From Lama glama (taxonomy: Eukaryota), in assembly GCA_028534125.1 (NCBI GenBank), contig CM052817.1, forward strand, positions 48,300,001 to 48,364,000: a DNA stretch of 64,000 nt. Reading direction: 5' to 3'. Of the stretch, positions 26,420 through 39,885 are shown in pieces (the stretch's first letter is position 1; every line of letters starts with the position of its first letter). Made by a program: the position numbers and the translations under genes. Under the pieces are notes generated by a model that worked only from the letters and a program-made list of their open reading frames with translations, was not told where the DNA came from and searched no databases.

Positions 26420-27470
26420 TTATATAGCTATTTTCATTAAGTTAATAAATAACATTTGCATAATATGATCATATGAATATTGTTCACTGAAGAGCTAGAT
26501 ATGTTTTCTTTCTTGGAAAAATGTTTTTCTGAAGTTTCTAATTGCCTTTCTTATCTTCTTGTCAAATTCTTATTATAATAATTCTCCATCTTTATTTCTA
26601 AAAGCTCTACCTTATCAGTAATACTATGGGGTCTTTTACAGGTGTGGGGAGAAATAACTCCCTCCTAGAGCCTTCTGGCATCTCACTGCAATTTGATTAC
26701 TTTCTTAAGGCACAAGAGTTATCCTGGGACATTACTGACTCTTCTTTAGTTTTTACATCTTAAATATTCTTTTTTCTTAAGTTTGTACTCTTGTTTTACT
26801 ATAATATACGTGCAAAAAATTTCTTAAGAAAGAGTATCTGATAGTCAAATTTCCTGAGCCCTTTAATACTCTTTGTTCTGCAGTTTTATTGATAGTTTGG
26901 TTAGGTATAGGTTAGGTAGGTTTGAAATAATTTTCTCTCAAATTTTAGGGTTTTTCCTCTATTATCTTTTAGCAATCAGTGTTGCTTTGAGAAATTCAAT
27001 TTTATACTGACTACTTCCTCTTTGAAAGCAACTTAAATTTTCTCTTTGAGAGCATTTGGATTTCTCTGTTTTTCACTAGCATATTGCAATGTAACATATG
27101 GGTCTTTTGCATTCATTTTATAAAGCACTCAGTTTGCCTTTATGATCTAGAAATCTATACTTTAGCTCTTATATTACATATTTGATAAATTCCTTCTCTC
27201 CAGTTCCTCTGTCTCTTCCTAGAATACCAATTGATTGACTGCTCCTTTAAGTCTCTTCTTCCCTGTTTTCCATATTTTGACTTATTGTTATACCATCAGA
27301 GAGATATTCTTCTGTTGATTATTTTTAGCCACTATATTTTTGCTTTTCAAAAGACCTTTCTTGTCCTCTTTTATTTTTTTTAAATTTTATTCTGTTCTTG
27401 TTTTATGAAAGTAAATCTTTCTTATCTCTATAAGGTATTAGCTTTGTTTTGTCCTTTGAAGTTCTCTGCA
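26420..27470 (-). mobile_element. Highly decayed old L1 (L1ME-like), antisense
   Basis: T-rich tract with TTGATAGTTTGGTTAGGTATAG...TTGAAATAATTTTCTCTC and GTGTTGCTTTGAGAAATTC, typical of antisense L1ME ORF1. Confidence 0.55.
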
Positions 27471-28629
27471 TTACTCAAACATGTTGACAAACCACATAAA
27501 CTGGGCAGTACATTTTGCTTTCCTGAATAGGTATGAGTTAATCTGCACAGCAAATAAAGGCCTGTTTTGGTCTATTAAAAGAATATGGGTTAAATAGTTT
27601 TCAAATTAAAGTTGTTATCCACAATGAGAAATTAATACTTTGTTCATATCTTTAAAAATATTTTGGAGAAAAATTTAATTCCCAGAAACAAGCAACCTGC
27701 TAAATAATAATTAATAGGAGTTTGCTCACCTCACACAATAGAACTCTATTTCTGGTAAATATACAGTTCACTGAATTTTCATTTGCTTGAAAAAACATTT
27801 GTATTTATAAAACAACTTGTGGTAACAACAACAAAAAATGCAATTGTTAAGAGAAAGCATGCTATACACTAAAACTCCTCACTTTGAAAAACTGTAATGG
27901 AAGATTAGAATCAGACTAATTGTTTATATTGAAGAAATATGAGGTCAAACTCTGCATCAACAAATTTTAAGCCATCAAATTGATTCTCAGTATGTCTCAC
28001 TATTCTTATCTCTTCCTTTATCCTAGAGACAAGATCAATCTTCTTATATCTTGGATTCAGTCTGCTAATAAAGTATGCTTATTAATTACCTTGTTTTTAG
28101 AAAGATATTCTTCATAAAAATAAAAGGTAAAACTTTCAAATGACCTCTAAAAGCTAATAAGGCATGCGCTTTAAACTATACCTTGAAATGTTTTAACAAG
28201 TTAAATTTTTCAGGAGTGGTACCATGTTTCTTTTTTTTTTAAATGAGTGTGCAGAGATCCCTTTTATTTTGATTTTTAAGTAAATTTTTTAGCAAACTTC
28301 AGATGCACAGAATGATGGACTGATCATAATCCAGATCCTTGCATGACCTCTTTCCTTAAAAAAATTTCCATAGTTATTTTAATCACGTGATACACACCAG
28401 GTAATTAATTGATCAAAAGCTAGGACTCTAACAATGGCCAACATTTAGTACCATATTTCTTTAAATGTCAATCCAATAATTTCTCTTTGTACAAAATATG
28501 CCTCCCTATCCAATACTAACACTGTGAATCTCACTCCATAAATTGAGACATTGTTACTGTATTATAGTCATCTTTAGAAACTAGTGGTTCTCTATTAACG
28601 TACTGGTTCACTGAAATTAAAAATAGAAA

Positions 28630-29915
28630 GAAACCACTGATGAAGAAAATTAAAGAAGACTTAAAAAAATGGAAAGATATCCCATGCTCCTGGAATGAAA
28701 GAATCAATATTGTTAAAATGGTCATACTGCCCAAGGCAATCTACAGATTTAATGCAATCCCTATCAAATTACCCAGGACATATTTCACAGAACTAGAACA
28801 AATCATAATAAAATTTATATGGAACCACAAAAGACCTAGAATTGCCAAAGCATTACTGAAGAGAAAGAAAGAGGCTGGAGGAATAACTCTCCCAGACTTC
28901 AGACAATACCATAGAGCTACAGTTATCAAGACAGCACAGTATTGGTACAAAAACAGACATATGGACCAATGGAACAGAATAGAAAGCCCAGAAATGAACC
29001 CACAAACTTTTGGTCAACTAATCTTCGACAAAGGAGGCAATAATATACAATGGAATAAAGACAGTCTCTTCAGCAAATGGTGTTGGGAAAACTGGACAGC
29101 AGCATGTAAATCAATGAAGCTAGAACATTCCTTTACACCATACACAAAAATGNNNNNNNNNNNNNNNNNNNNNNNNNNNNNNNNNNNNNNNNNNNNNNNN
29201 NNNNNNNNNNNNNNNNNNNNNNNNNNNNNNNNNNNNNNNNNNNNNNNNNNNNCCCTCCTACACTGCTGGTGGGAATGCACTTTGGTGCATATATATATAT
29301 ATGTCCAGAAGGAACCCTACTTCAAAATGACACCTGCACCCTAGTGTTCATAGCAGCACTATTTACAATAGCCAACACATGGAAACAGCCTAAATGTCCA
29401 TCAACAGATGACTGGATAAAGAATGTGTTATATTTATACAATGGAATACTATTTGGCCATAAAAAACGACAACATAACCCTATCTGCAGCAACATGGATG
29501 TTCCTGGAGAATGTCATTCTAAGTGAAGTAAGCCAGAAAGAGAAAGAAAAATACCATATGAGATCTCTTATATGTGGAATCTAAAAAAAAAAAAAGAACA
29601 TAAAAACAAAACAGAAATAGACTTATAGACATAGAATACAAACTTGTGGTTGCCAAAGGGGTGGAGGGTGGGAAGGGACAGACCGAGATTTCAAAATTTG
29701 TGGATACTGACAGGCATATGCAGAATAGATAAACAAGATTACACTGTATAGCACAGGGAAGTGTGTACAAGATTTTGCGGTAGCTCACAGAAAAAATAAC
29801 TGTGACAATGAGTATATGTTATGTTCATGTATAACTGCAAAACTGTGCTCTATACTGGAATTTGACACAGCATTGTAAAATGACTATAACTCAGTAAAAA
29901 CAATCATAAAAAATA
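28630..29915 (+). mobile_element. Relatively young 5'-truncated L1 (ORF2 C-terminal part plus 3' UTR), spanning an assembly gap
   Basis: 171 uninterrupted codons of L1 ORF2p before the gap ([31 protein letters not shown]...GGITLPDF...KWCWENW); LLHCWWEC cysteine-rich motif; 3' UTR and A-tail. Confidence 0.97.
29153..29252. other. Assembly gap (100 N)
   Basis: Run of exactly 100 N. Confidence 1.
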
Positions 29916-29924
29916 AAGATAGAA

Positions 29925-30190
29925 AAGGAACAGAATCCAATTGAAAGTGTAAAGGGAAACTGGGCAGAATCTAATTCAATTTCAGGGTTGGAATTATTCC
30001 AGGACTCCACCTGCCATAAGGAAAGTATCCTGGGATCTTTAATGACCACAAGTGGTCAGGATTCCAGTTTTACAGCTCATCCAATTAATTGCCAAGCACA
30101 TCTTCTGCTATACCATAAGTGACAGGGCTGGGGAATCCACTCTGCTAATTAAGAACATAGGGCCTTGTGTCAGTTTCCCAGAGGACTTTT
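29925..30190 (-). mobile_element. AmnSINE1-like relic (Deu-domain region)
   Basis: ATCCAATTGAAA...GGCAGAATCTAATT...GTTGGAATTATTCCAGGAC...TGGGATCTTTAATGACCACAAGTGGTCAGGA...GTTTTACAGCTCATCC is collinear with the recalled reverse complement of the AmnSINE1 Deu core. Confidence 0.75.
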
Positions 30191-30689
30191 CAGGGTATGT
30201 GGATGTGTGTACATGGCCACATAAACATACACTTAATAAGAGATACTTCTATCATGGATAGTGAACAAGAGAGACTTCACCCATTTCTTCTCTACCCAAT
30301 TAGGTTGAATACTCCCTATAGCACAAGTCAGACTAGGATTGAAAAATGCTGGACTCCTGGGCAGTTCCCAGGGCCCACCCCTACTCCATCTCTTCATTAT
30401 GATCAAGTGAGAAATGTAAAAATTGCGTAGTCCTACATGCCCTTTAGAGGAATTCACCGTCACTCTTCATAGCAGGTCTTACTTCATGACCTTAATATAC
30501 TCTTAAAAGTGAAACTGGAGGGTAAAAATCCTCATGTTCCCATATTCTTCCATTAAAATGGAACTCTAACTTCCACAATTTCCTTGTCTTCGAAGGAAGC
30601 ATAATATACCTGCTGTCTCAAAATGCTGAAGTCCAAGGTTATTTTTCTCAAAGTGAAAAATAGGAAAGCCTCTTCAAATACCCTAACTC

Positions 30690-30870
30690 AGTGGTTCTAG
30701 ACATCACTCCATTGACCAATTGCATCAGAATCACTTTCTAAATTTATTAAAAATAAGAGATTCCCAGGTTCCACTCCAGAGCTACTGAATCTGAATGACC
30801 AAGGATGGAAGTCAGGCATTTCAGTTTTCAACAAGCCAGTGAGATCCTTCTGCCTGTTTGAAAACCACTG
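30690..30870. mobile_element. MER5A hAT MITE
   Basis: Terminal inverted repeats CAGTGGTT...AACCACTG; internal GCATCAGAATCAC and CTACTGAATCTGAAT. Confidence 0.85.
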
Positions 30871-31636
30871 GACTCTGACTTGCTTTGGAAGCAAAATAAC
30901 AAAGGACCACTCTGTGATTTTGAAAAGAAAACCTCCATCCATCACACAAGGTACACACATCTTTCTCCCTTTTCTGTGGTGAACTCTCTTTCTTCTGTGT
31001 CCTATTCACTGCTTCTATTTTAGATCCCATCGTCTCTGTTATCCAGTTTAATTTTTTTCTTCCCAGGAAGAACTGTGTAAAATTACTTTGGGATCTTATT
31101 AAAATTAATGCTAATTAACCTGACCATATTTATTTTCACACTCAGATAATATGAGTAATCCATGAGAGACACTGAACTTTAGACACGAGGGAAGTTAAAA
31201 TGCCTATGACGCAAATAGAGGCATTAGAAATAGATTATTGGACAATTTAAAACTAACTGAATGTTACTTTTTCCTGTTACTGTAGCTGATGTTCCAACAT
31301 AATCATTTGTTTTTAATTAGTGAGAAAGGAGATATTTGAATACATTGTAATAAACTGGTACCATGGTAGCCAGAGTGGATGGCCGAGACTTTCCAATGTA
31401 ATCGAGATTTTATTCATCTGTAAAATGACATGGTTTGCAGTGCAGGATCTCTTTACTCCCTTCACAATCTAAACTGCCAGCAGTCCATGAATATTCATAA
31501 TCCTTGAACAAAATCCTCAGAAATTTAGCAAGGACATGAACATGTAAAATTAGTGAAGTTATTTGCTACTCTTAATGCACGAATAAAGAGTTAGGTGTCG
31601 TTAATAAAGAAATCCAGGAAATATTTCTAGGCCAAA

Positions 31637-31744
31637 AAATGTGGCCAAGTGTCCAGGTTTGCTTGGTGCTGAGGGATTAACCAGGACACTGGACTTCAGT
31701 GCTAAACCTGGACAGACATAGCCAAACCATAATTGGTCATCCTA
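31637..31744. mobile_element. MER81-like hAT-Blackjack MITE
   Basis: 108 bp with GGACTTCAGTGCTAAA core and TTGGTCATCCTA terminus; perfect 8-bp target-site duplication AGGCCAAA at 31629-31636 and 31745-31752. Confidence 0.85.
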
Positions 31745-32390
31745 AGGCCAAAAATTAAGCTCATGAGATATAAATGGAAATTTTTACCTTGTAAATGTAA
31801 CTAAGCTTTTGACACACTGAGAGGTGAAGCTGGAGCACCCCAGATTTTGGACAGGTGGCTGGGATATAAGTTACTTATATAAGTTATAAGTTACAAATCC
31901 TTCTGAGGTATCCCAACCATGATTAGAATAAAAACATAACCTGAGCATAAAAAGACCTAAGGTATGATCTGAATCAAAGCAACAGAGCACTTGAGAAGGA
32001 ATGTAGATAGCATCTTTATCAGAGATGGATCTGGGGATCTTATTACACATAGCACTGATTTATACCGACCTCTTCAAATTGAAGAGTCCTTTATGAAATG
32101 GATTATTTTAAAAAGGATCAAATGCCTCCCAAATAGTTACAAAAACCTACAAAGAAAACAGCATTTGATTTCTCTCAGGGGTAAACATAGACATCCTTAG
32201 CAACTGTACCTATCTACCTGGCTCCTCAGCCTATTTTTCTGATCCTCAGATATGCCTGCCCCATGGATTTAGGCAAAAACAAGGATCCATCCAGAGAACT
32301 TGTAAGGATAAATTCATAGAATTAAGGAATTATTTCATTTTGCCTTAGAGTTAATATGAAATACACCATGAGGTTAAAAATGTATATTTG

Positions 32391-34127
32391 GGGAGAAAGG
32401 ATCCTAGGAAGATGGTGGAAAACAAAGTACCAGGAATCTCTCTCCTCACCCAGACAACAATTACACTTGCAGAATCTGTCTGATGTAACTATTTTGGAAC
32501 TGTGTAGTCTATTGGAAGGCTTGCGACTTTCAGGGGAAAGCTTGGACAGTAAATTGCTCTTAGTTTCAGTCAATTTAGCTCTTACCATAGGAAATGAAAG
32601 ACAAAAAAATAATAATAATAAGGCATTTAACAGCAAAGGAAACCATAAACAAAAGTAAAAGACAACCTACAGACTGGGAGAAAAATGTTTGCAAACAATG
32701 TGACTCATGAGGGATTAATTTCAAAAATTCACGAACAGCTCATATAGCTCAATATCAAAAAAAACAAACAACCCAATCAAAAAACAAGCAGAAGACCTAA
32801 ATAGACATTTCTCCAAAGAAGTCATACAGATGGCCGACAGACACATGAATAAATGCTCAACATCACTAATTACCAGAGAAATGCAAACCAAAACTACAAC
32901 GAGGTATCACCTCACACTGGTCAGAATTGCAATCATCCAAAAGGCTAGAAATAATAAATGCTGGAGAGGGTGAGAAGAAAAGGGAACCTGCCTACACTGT
33001 TGGCAGGAATGTAAATTCGTGCAGCCACTGTGGAGAACAGTATGGAGGTTCCCTAAAAAACTAAAAATAGAACTACCATATGATCTAGTAATTCTACTCC
33101 TGGGCATATATTCAGAGAAAATTCTAATTCAAAAAGATATATGTACCTCAATATTCACAGCCACACTGTTTACAATAGCCAAGACATGAAAGCAGCCTAA
33201 ATATCCATCAACAGATGAATGAATAAAGAAAATATGGTGTGTATATATACAATGGAATATTACTGAGTCATAAAAAGAATGAAATAATACCATTTGCAGC
33301 AACATGGATAGACCTCGAGATTTTTATACTAGGTGAAGTAAGTCAGACAGAGAAAGAAAAATATCATATGATATCACTTACATGTGGAATCTAAAAACAG
33401 AAAGAGACTCACAGACATAGAAAACAAACTTATAGTTACCAAAGGGGAAAGGTGGGGAGGGATAAATTAGGAGTTTGGGATATACACTACTATATACAAA
33501 GTAGATAAACAAGAAGAACCTACTGAATAGCACAGGGAACTATATTCAATATTTTGTAATAACCTAAATGGAAAAGAATCTAATATATATATATATATAT
33601 ATATCACTTTGCTGTACACATGAAATAAATGTAACATTGTAAATCAACTATACTTCAATTAACAAAACTGTAAGGCATATAGAAAACAAACAGCAAAATT
33701 ATAGAAGTCCTTCCTTATCAGTAACTGCTTTAAATATAAATGGATTAAACTCTCCTATCAAAGGAGATTGGCAGAATGGGAAGAAATACCGTGATCCCAC
33801 TATATGCTGTCTAGAAGAGACTCATTTTAGATTCTAAGTCACTAATGTGAAAGGATTGAAAAAGATAATGCATGCAAGTATTAACCTAAAAAGAGCACGA
33901 TATTGCTGTACTAATATCAGGCAAAATAGACTTTAAATCAAAAAAAGTTTTTAACAGGTATAGAGTTTAAGTTTTACAAGATGAAGAGAGTTCTGGAGAT
34001 GGATGGTGGTGATGGCTGCACAACAATGTGAAGGTACTTAATATCACTGAACTGTACATTTAAAAATGGTTAAAATGGTAAATTTTATACTATGAGTAGT
34101 TTATCAGAATTTGCTTAAGTTTAAGAA
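32391..34127 (+). mobile_element. Internally deleted old L1 (L1MB-like): 5' end, inter-ORF/endonuclease start and 3' end retained
   Basis: GGAAGATGGTGG 5' start; AAATGGATTAAACTCTCC...TATATGCTGTCTAGAAGAGACTCA (ORF2 endonuclease start) at about 33740-33950; L1MB-type 3' UTR at 33955-34110; degenerate target-site duplication AAAAATGTATATTTG / AAAAATGAATGTCTG. Confidence 0.75.
32629..33663 (+). mobile_element. Younger 5'-truncated L1 (ORF2 C-terminus plus 3' UTR) nested in older L1
   Basis: CAGCAAAGGAAACCATAAACAAA...ATTGTAAATCAACTATACTTCAATT; flanking repeat TAAGGCAT at 32619-32626 and 33671-33678. Confidence 0.92.
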
Positions 34128-34354
34128 AAAAATGAATGTCTGTGTTTATACAATCTCCTAATTCAGAAAAGGACTGAGCTTTTTAGGAGGTGATGATCAT
34201 GTTTGCAGAGACAATAAGATAACTTCCATTGTGATTTATTAAAACAAGGTAGAGAAATGATACAGTAATAAAACTTGTCCTAAATCCAGTGGGCTCATTT
34301 CAAACCATTTCTTGACTGAATTCTCAGCCACATTTAACACAGTTCATCACTCCT

Positions 34355-34608
34355 TTCTATATGAACAAAATATCAAACTCTAAATATTAAAGATTTCTAA
34401 ATCTAATTGTATAAAGTGTCCTGAGGAGCCTTATTGGAGCCTGATACAAAATGAAAATTCATTCATTCTGATCTTGTCTTTAAGTTTGATGTTTTACTCA
34501 TCATGGACTTTCTGCATTAACTTAGTTTCTTTAAACACTCCATTATCTTAATTACTGTTTTTTTGGTACCCCCTTAAATTTTGTTTCCTGAGGTGACTCT
34601 TGGCCCCA
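34355..34608. mobile_element. MER96B-like hAT fragment
   Basis: TTTTGGTACCCCCTTAAATTTTGTTTCCTGAGGTGA resembles the MER96B terminus. Confidence 0.45.
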
Positions 34609-35139
34609 GGATTCCTTTCCTGTCACTTCTGTGATACCAGTTTGCTAGTTTTTCTCCTCTCTTTATGGTTCCTCCTTCTTAATCTTCTTTACAGTTCTTC
34701 CTCTGTCAACTTAATGCCAATGTTCAGAATTTTTTTTAAGTCTTCTCTTCTCTCTATATACATACTATCTGGGTTATCTCAGTTACTTGTATAGTCTACT
34801 GATTCTCAAGCTGTTTCCTCTTCACTTTAACCTCCCGGTAAACTAACAACCACACTATACGAATAATTTAACCCTAATCTCTGCTTTTGTGACTCAGTCA
34901 ATTTGTGTTCCCTTGATGCATTTCTGGAGACATTCTTCCCACTTCTAATAAATTACCCATTCCTGCCAAAATTTAAATCTCTGTGCCCACCAAAAGTCTC
35001 TCCCCATGCCCCTCATGCCTTCCTTATACCCTAGGGTATAGGAAAGGAAAGGGACAAAAACAGGAACCCCCCCCCAAGCTCCTCCATTTCACCCTCAAAT
35101 TGCTCAACTATGCAAAATGTCTCTCAGTTTCACTTCATA

Positions 35140-35480
35140 CACACTGTCCTCTCTATCTGGCATATTTCCTCACTTACTAGCAAACTCCTACTTATCCTTC
35201 AGGTCTCAGCCCACGTATTCCTTCCAGAGAGACCTTGTCTGATCCCTAGATTACATTAGGTTCCCTGTTATGTGCGTGTATAGGGCTCTGTACCTTCTCT
35301 TTCACATTCCTTATTATGCATTATTGTAACTACTTGTCCCTTTTCCTGTCTTCCCCACTAGACCATAAACGCCATGAGGGCAGAAGCCATGTCCATCTTG
35401 TTCATTATTATATATCTAGCTCTAATATACTGCTTAGGATTTATCAGCCACTCAGTAAGTGATTGTGTAAGGGAAGGAGG
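35140..35480 (+). mobile_element. L2 3' end
   Basis: AAACTCCTACTTATCCTTCAGGTCTCAG...CCCCACTAGACCATAAAC.CCATGAGGGCAG...CACTCAGTAAG. Confidence 0.8.
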
Positions 35481-38400
35481 GTAGTCAGAGAGAATCAAAC
35501 ATCATCTAAGCAGAACCTATACAATCAATGAGCAATAGAGCAAATGAGCAAAAGGCAGTAGATGCAAAGATCACAAAGCCCAGCCACTATTAGGAGGAGC
35601 TAAGTAGAAACTCCCAGTTTTTTCTAATCCTGCACACGTCTTCTCTGTTAAATATCCAGGACTCCGTGCCCTAGGGCTGGCTATCTGTATAATAGGCAGA
35701 GCACAATCCATTCGTTGGCTTGGCTGTCCTGGGGCCTCTGAAATCTTGGCAGTCCTCTGCAAGCCATCTGGCCTTTAGCATTCCTCCTGGAACTCATTTC
35801 TGCTCTTCTGTGATCAAACGCTCTGCCCATTGGTCTTTTCCAGGGCACAGGGTTTTATTCGCTGTTTGCTGACTATTGCATCTCACTTAAGAATAGTACA
35901 GAATGGCTTCACACAGTAGTGAGGAAGAGATTCAAACTGGCCAGGCTGCAAGAGCTCACTGTGAAGTTTGGAATCTCTTCTTAACATAGTTAGGCTTATA
36001 ACATTCTTTTGAGGATTGTGCTGATCAAACAGGAAGCTCAGATTATACACTGTGTGAAACTAACCTGTATGGTTTTACTGGCCAACGATTTGAAACAAGT
36101 TGAATTCCATAGGTTAAAGAAAAACCTCAATTGCCTAACTTTCAGGCTGTCCATTGAAAGTTGATGAGGTACATATAAAACAAAAGTCAACACAGTCAGG
36201 CTAAAGAATGTAGAACTTGGCTCTAGGGGACTTCATTGAAGACTACAGGATAAGAAAGAGCCCTTTCTCGTCCTGGGTGAATGAAGACTGTCACATGAGC
36301 TGGACATGAACACAAAACATCCAGTTGCTTGTAATCTCAAAAAAGTGCAAAAACAAAACAAAACCCCAAAACAAAAACAAAAACAAAAACAAACAAATAG
36401 AGAACTTCGCTAATCTCAATGTATGTGGTCAAATGGAGGTGGGGGGATTTGTCAGGAGACACTCAAAACTTCTCCTGACCACTATCCTTACATGTACTAA
36501 GGGCTGAGGGCTCAGACTTACCTAGCTAACAAATTAGCATCATCTGTGACAATACTGCAGCCTTAAATATTATAAAATAGTAGAGCTGAATGTGAATCTC
36601 CTTGAAAGCATTTTTTTTCTGTATCACAATAGGCACGAGCCCTATTTATAATGTGATGCCAAAAATAGACACACACTGCTTAATGTTTGCAAAAAGATCT
36701 TGTACATCTCACTCCACACTGCAGCCGCCCTTTACAATAAATAAAAGTACTTTTCCAATCCATTTTTCCTGGGATCTTTCTCTCTGAACATCAATACAGG
36801 AGCCATGGGTGCTTCAACGCAGGCAGGAGGAGACAGACACCCTGATAATACAAGACTTGATACCCTGACTGCTCCCCAAGTGCAAAGGATAAAGCTCCTT
36901 GCTACACGGCTGTTACATTTATTACTGAGTGTCCCACTCCTGGTTTTTCTTGTAATGCCTTATCTTCGTATTTTCCTTCCAATTAGAAATTCATAAGGGA
37001 AATCTGTGTACCAAAAGGTATAATGAGGGACACACTTTAGATCTTTTCCCCACAGAGGACAGTTACCAGCCCCTGAGATTTTTTCCTAACAGTCTAGCCG
37101 ACGTTTTGGTGCCAATAACAACTGCTGGTTAAATCATCTAATCAGCCAGGATGAGGTCTTTTGTTCTCCTGCTTTTGTGATTTCGGTTTTTTGAACATTT
37201 AAAGTTGCCAACGATTCCAAATGGTGTCTCATTATTCCTTTCCAATTTGTTTCCATGGGAAGATAAAAACTCTTGTATCTAAACCAAATTATCATAGGGT
37301 GCATAAACGATCCACCGTTGTAAATCCTACTAATGGATACCTTCCCACAACGGTTTGAAAAGGAATTTTTTTTATATCAAGTCACAAAAGGGAAAAATGC
37401 ATCTCCACACTCCTTTGTTACCTAGATTCATCACCACCAACAGGAGCAATGATGTACTGAGTACCCCCCCCCCGGATCACAAGAGCGACTCTGGGAGTCT
37501 AAATGAGTAAAGCCAGACCTACGCAGTGTATCAGTTCATAACAAGGTCAGACATTTGCTTACAGGAACAAAAAGGTTTTTCTCCTCCTAACCATTTTGAT
37601 TTAAATCTTTTTTTTTTCTTTTAAGTAATGACAGGAAAGAGGCTAAAATGCAAAGCTGTATTTTTCCATACATGATTTTCTGACTTACAATAGGTCAAGC
37701 ATCGGGGCTCAGGTTTACAGCCAGGAGAGATTATGAAACAGGTATGCGTATCTGTAAAAAGAAAAATAACAATTACTTGATAAATCTCAAACAATCTGAA
37801 TTTTTCACTGAGAGCCTGATACCTCATGAGACCTAAATCCATATAAGAATCTCTTCTTCATTTCTTCCCTTTTTGCCCCACCCCGCCTTTCAGGTTCTGT
37901 TCTCGGCATTCTATTTTTAGATTTCTGCACTCTTATTGCTGAGGTAATCTGATGTGCAAATTTCCATTAACTCGCAAAATACTGAAAAATCAAAGATCTC
38001 TTCCTAGGAAATACATATGGGATTTGTCTCGGTAAATCTCTGCAAGGACATCTACAGGGCTCTCTACTCCTAACCTCTCACTGAAATTTGAAATGCATAA
38101 ATATAAATATTCACTTGTAAAAGACTGTCAAAATGAAAAAGTTCCTATAGCAAAATATAGGAAAACAGAATCCTACTGAAATATAGAAAAACAGAAATCT
38201 ATTGGAATCCATCAACCATAAGAATTTGAATTCTCTAAAAAAAAAAAAATCTCATACTTAAAATGAGTTTTAGTATAGAATTTGTGGCCAGATTTTCCTT
38301 ACTTAGCAGACTGCTGGCTCCTGTTCACATGTTTACATGATCTTGTATCTTGTCCCTTAATGAAAATCATCTTTATATCATCTTACTGAGTAGTCCTACG

Positions 38401-39522
38401 TACAGTCCTCAAAGATTTAATAGTCATTGTATGAAGGCAGTAGAAATTATTTTTAATGTTATTTCAGTTGTTATTACAGAAGCTATGGTATTTGGAGGAG
38501 GAAAGTCTTTGCATAATGCATGCAGTTTTGGAAAATGGGTGCAGGACTAGGAGCCAGGTCCTGACAGAGACATTCAGTATTTCCCAAAGCCCTTAACTCT
38601 TTATTTTCTGTCCCTGTGAAAGAAATGAAACTGACAGGGTGCCCATAGAATAAAGAGAATAAGAACTCAGACTGACTGTGAAAGAACCATGACCCACTGC
38701 TGATTACTTGAGAGTTTGGGACTTAACCAACACAATTCCCTCACATAGTGCATCACTGTTTAAAATTATTTCCACAATGACCAAGCTTCTGTGTGAATTT
38801 TCCTTGTGTTCAAGTGTTCAGCATTACTTCCTCCTGTGTCTCTGGCTGTAATCATCACAGTCACTGTTCCGTCCTAGTAGAGCCATTAGAGACGACCAAT
38901 CTCTGAATAACCCTTACTTATTATTTGAGACTTGGAAGAAAGAGCTGTTCTGAAGAGGTTCCCATTCCACCTTTAGCTTTAGTGTTTTTCCCAGTAAAGA
39001 ACAAACCTTGTCTCTTTCAGTAGCATCTCTGTGTGTTTGGCTGAATAATGCCTCAAGGAGCAGTATACTACAAATGTGTTCTGAGAATGAAGACAAGAGT
39101 CACTGAAATCCCTAAAACCACAAAGTTTTTGCCCTAAAGTTGATGGCCCATCACTATCTTTATCTGCATAGACAAATGTTTATGTTCCAGGACAAATTTT
39201 CATTTAGAGGTAGGTTTAAATCAAAAGTTGACTAGGTTCATGGGGGCCTCAGATAGGTTAAAGCACACATATAAAAAGATCATTTTAAATTATATTTAAT
39301 GTAGTGGAAAATTATATAGAATATATTTCAACACAATCTTTCTACATCATTATTGACAATGCTCCTAAAAGATGTTAAGATACTGAACCATCCCCTTGAA
39401 TTAATATAGAATTCTCAACACATCAAAAAGTCCTTCTTGTCTTTGAAGCTGAGTTAGGATATCTTTCATATAAGCCTAAAGTTATAAGAGCTTCATACTA
39501 ACTCCCTTTCCAACCTCCTTGA

Positions 39523-39569
39523 ACACACACACACACACACACACAGACACACACACACACACACACACA
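39523..39569. repeat. (CA)n microsatellite, one interruption
   Basis: Direct reading of the sequence. Confidence 0.97.
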
Positions 39570-39679
39570 GCTTCAGCGAAGTGGCAGAGTTAGATCCTCA
39601 CATAGACCCCACAACCAAAATACAGGTATCTGTATTCAAGTAAGCTAGTAACCATTACCCATAACAAGATGAACAGAAA

Positions 39680-39885
39680 ACCTACCCTGTGCCAGGTGCT
39701 GCACTATAGCCTTATATGAACCCTTTCATTTAATGCTCAAAACAACTCTATAAGCTATCGATGATTTGAGATTTAGAGAGTTGTGTAGGTTTAGAGGGAA
39801 TTGCCAAGATCACATGGCTAAGAAAGAGTGGAGCTAGAATTCAAGCTCAAGCTGTCTCATCCCAGAGCCCCATGCTTTTGCTGTC
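39680..39885 (-). mobile_element. MIR SINE
   Basis: TGTGCCAGGTGCTG...TCATTTAATGCTCAAAACAACTCTAT...CCAAGATCACATGGCTA...AGAATTCAAGCTCA. Confidence 0.75.

Noticed and set aside
28640..29344. Longest ORF in the track (234 aa)
   Set aside because: L1 ORF2p fragment read through an N gap, not a host gene
37314..37354. Inverted repeat ACCGTTGT...ACAACGGT
   Set aside because: Only an 8-bp stem with poor internal pairing; not a credible pre-miRNA or transposon terminal repeat
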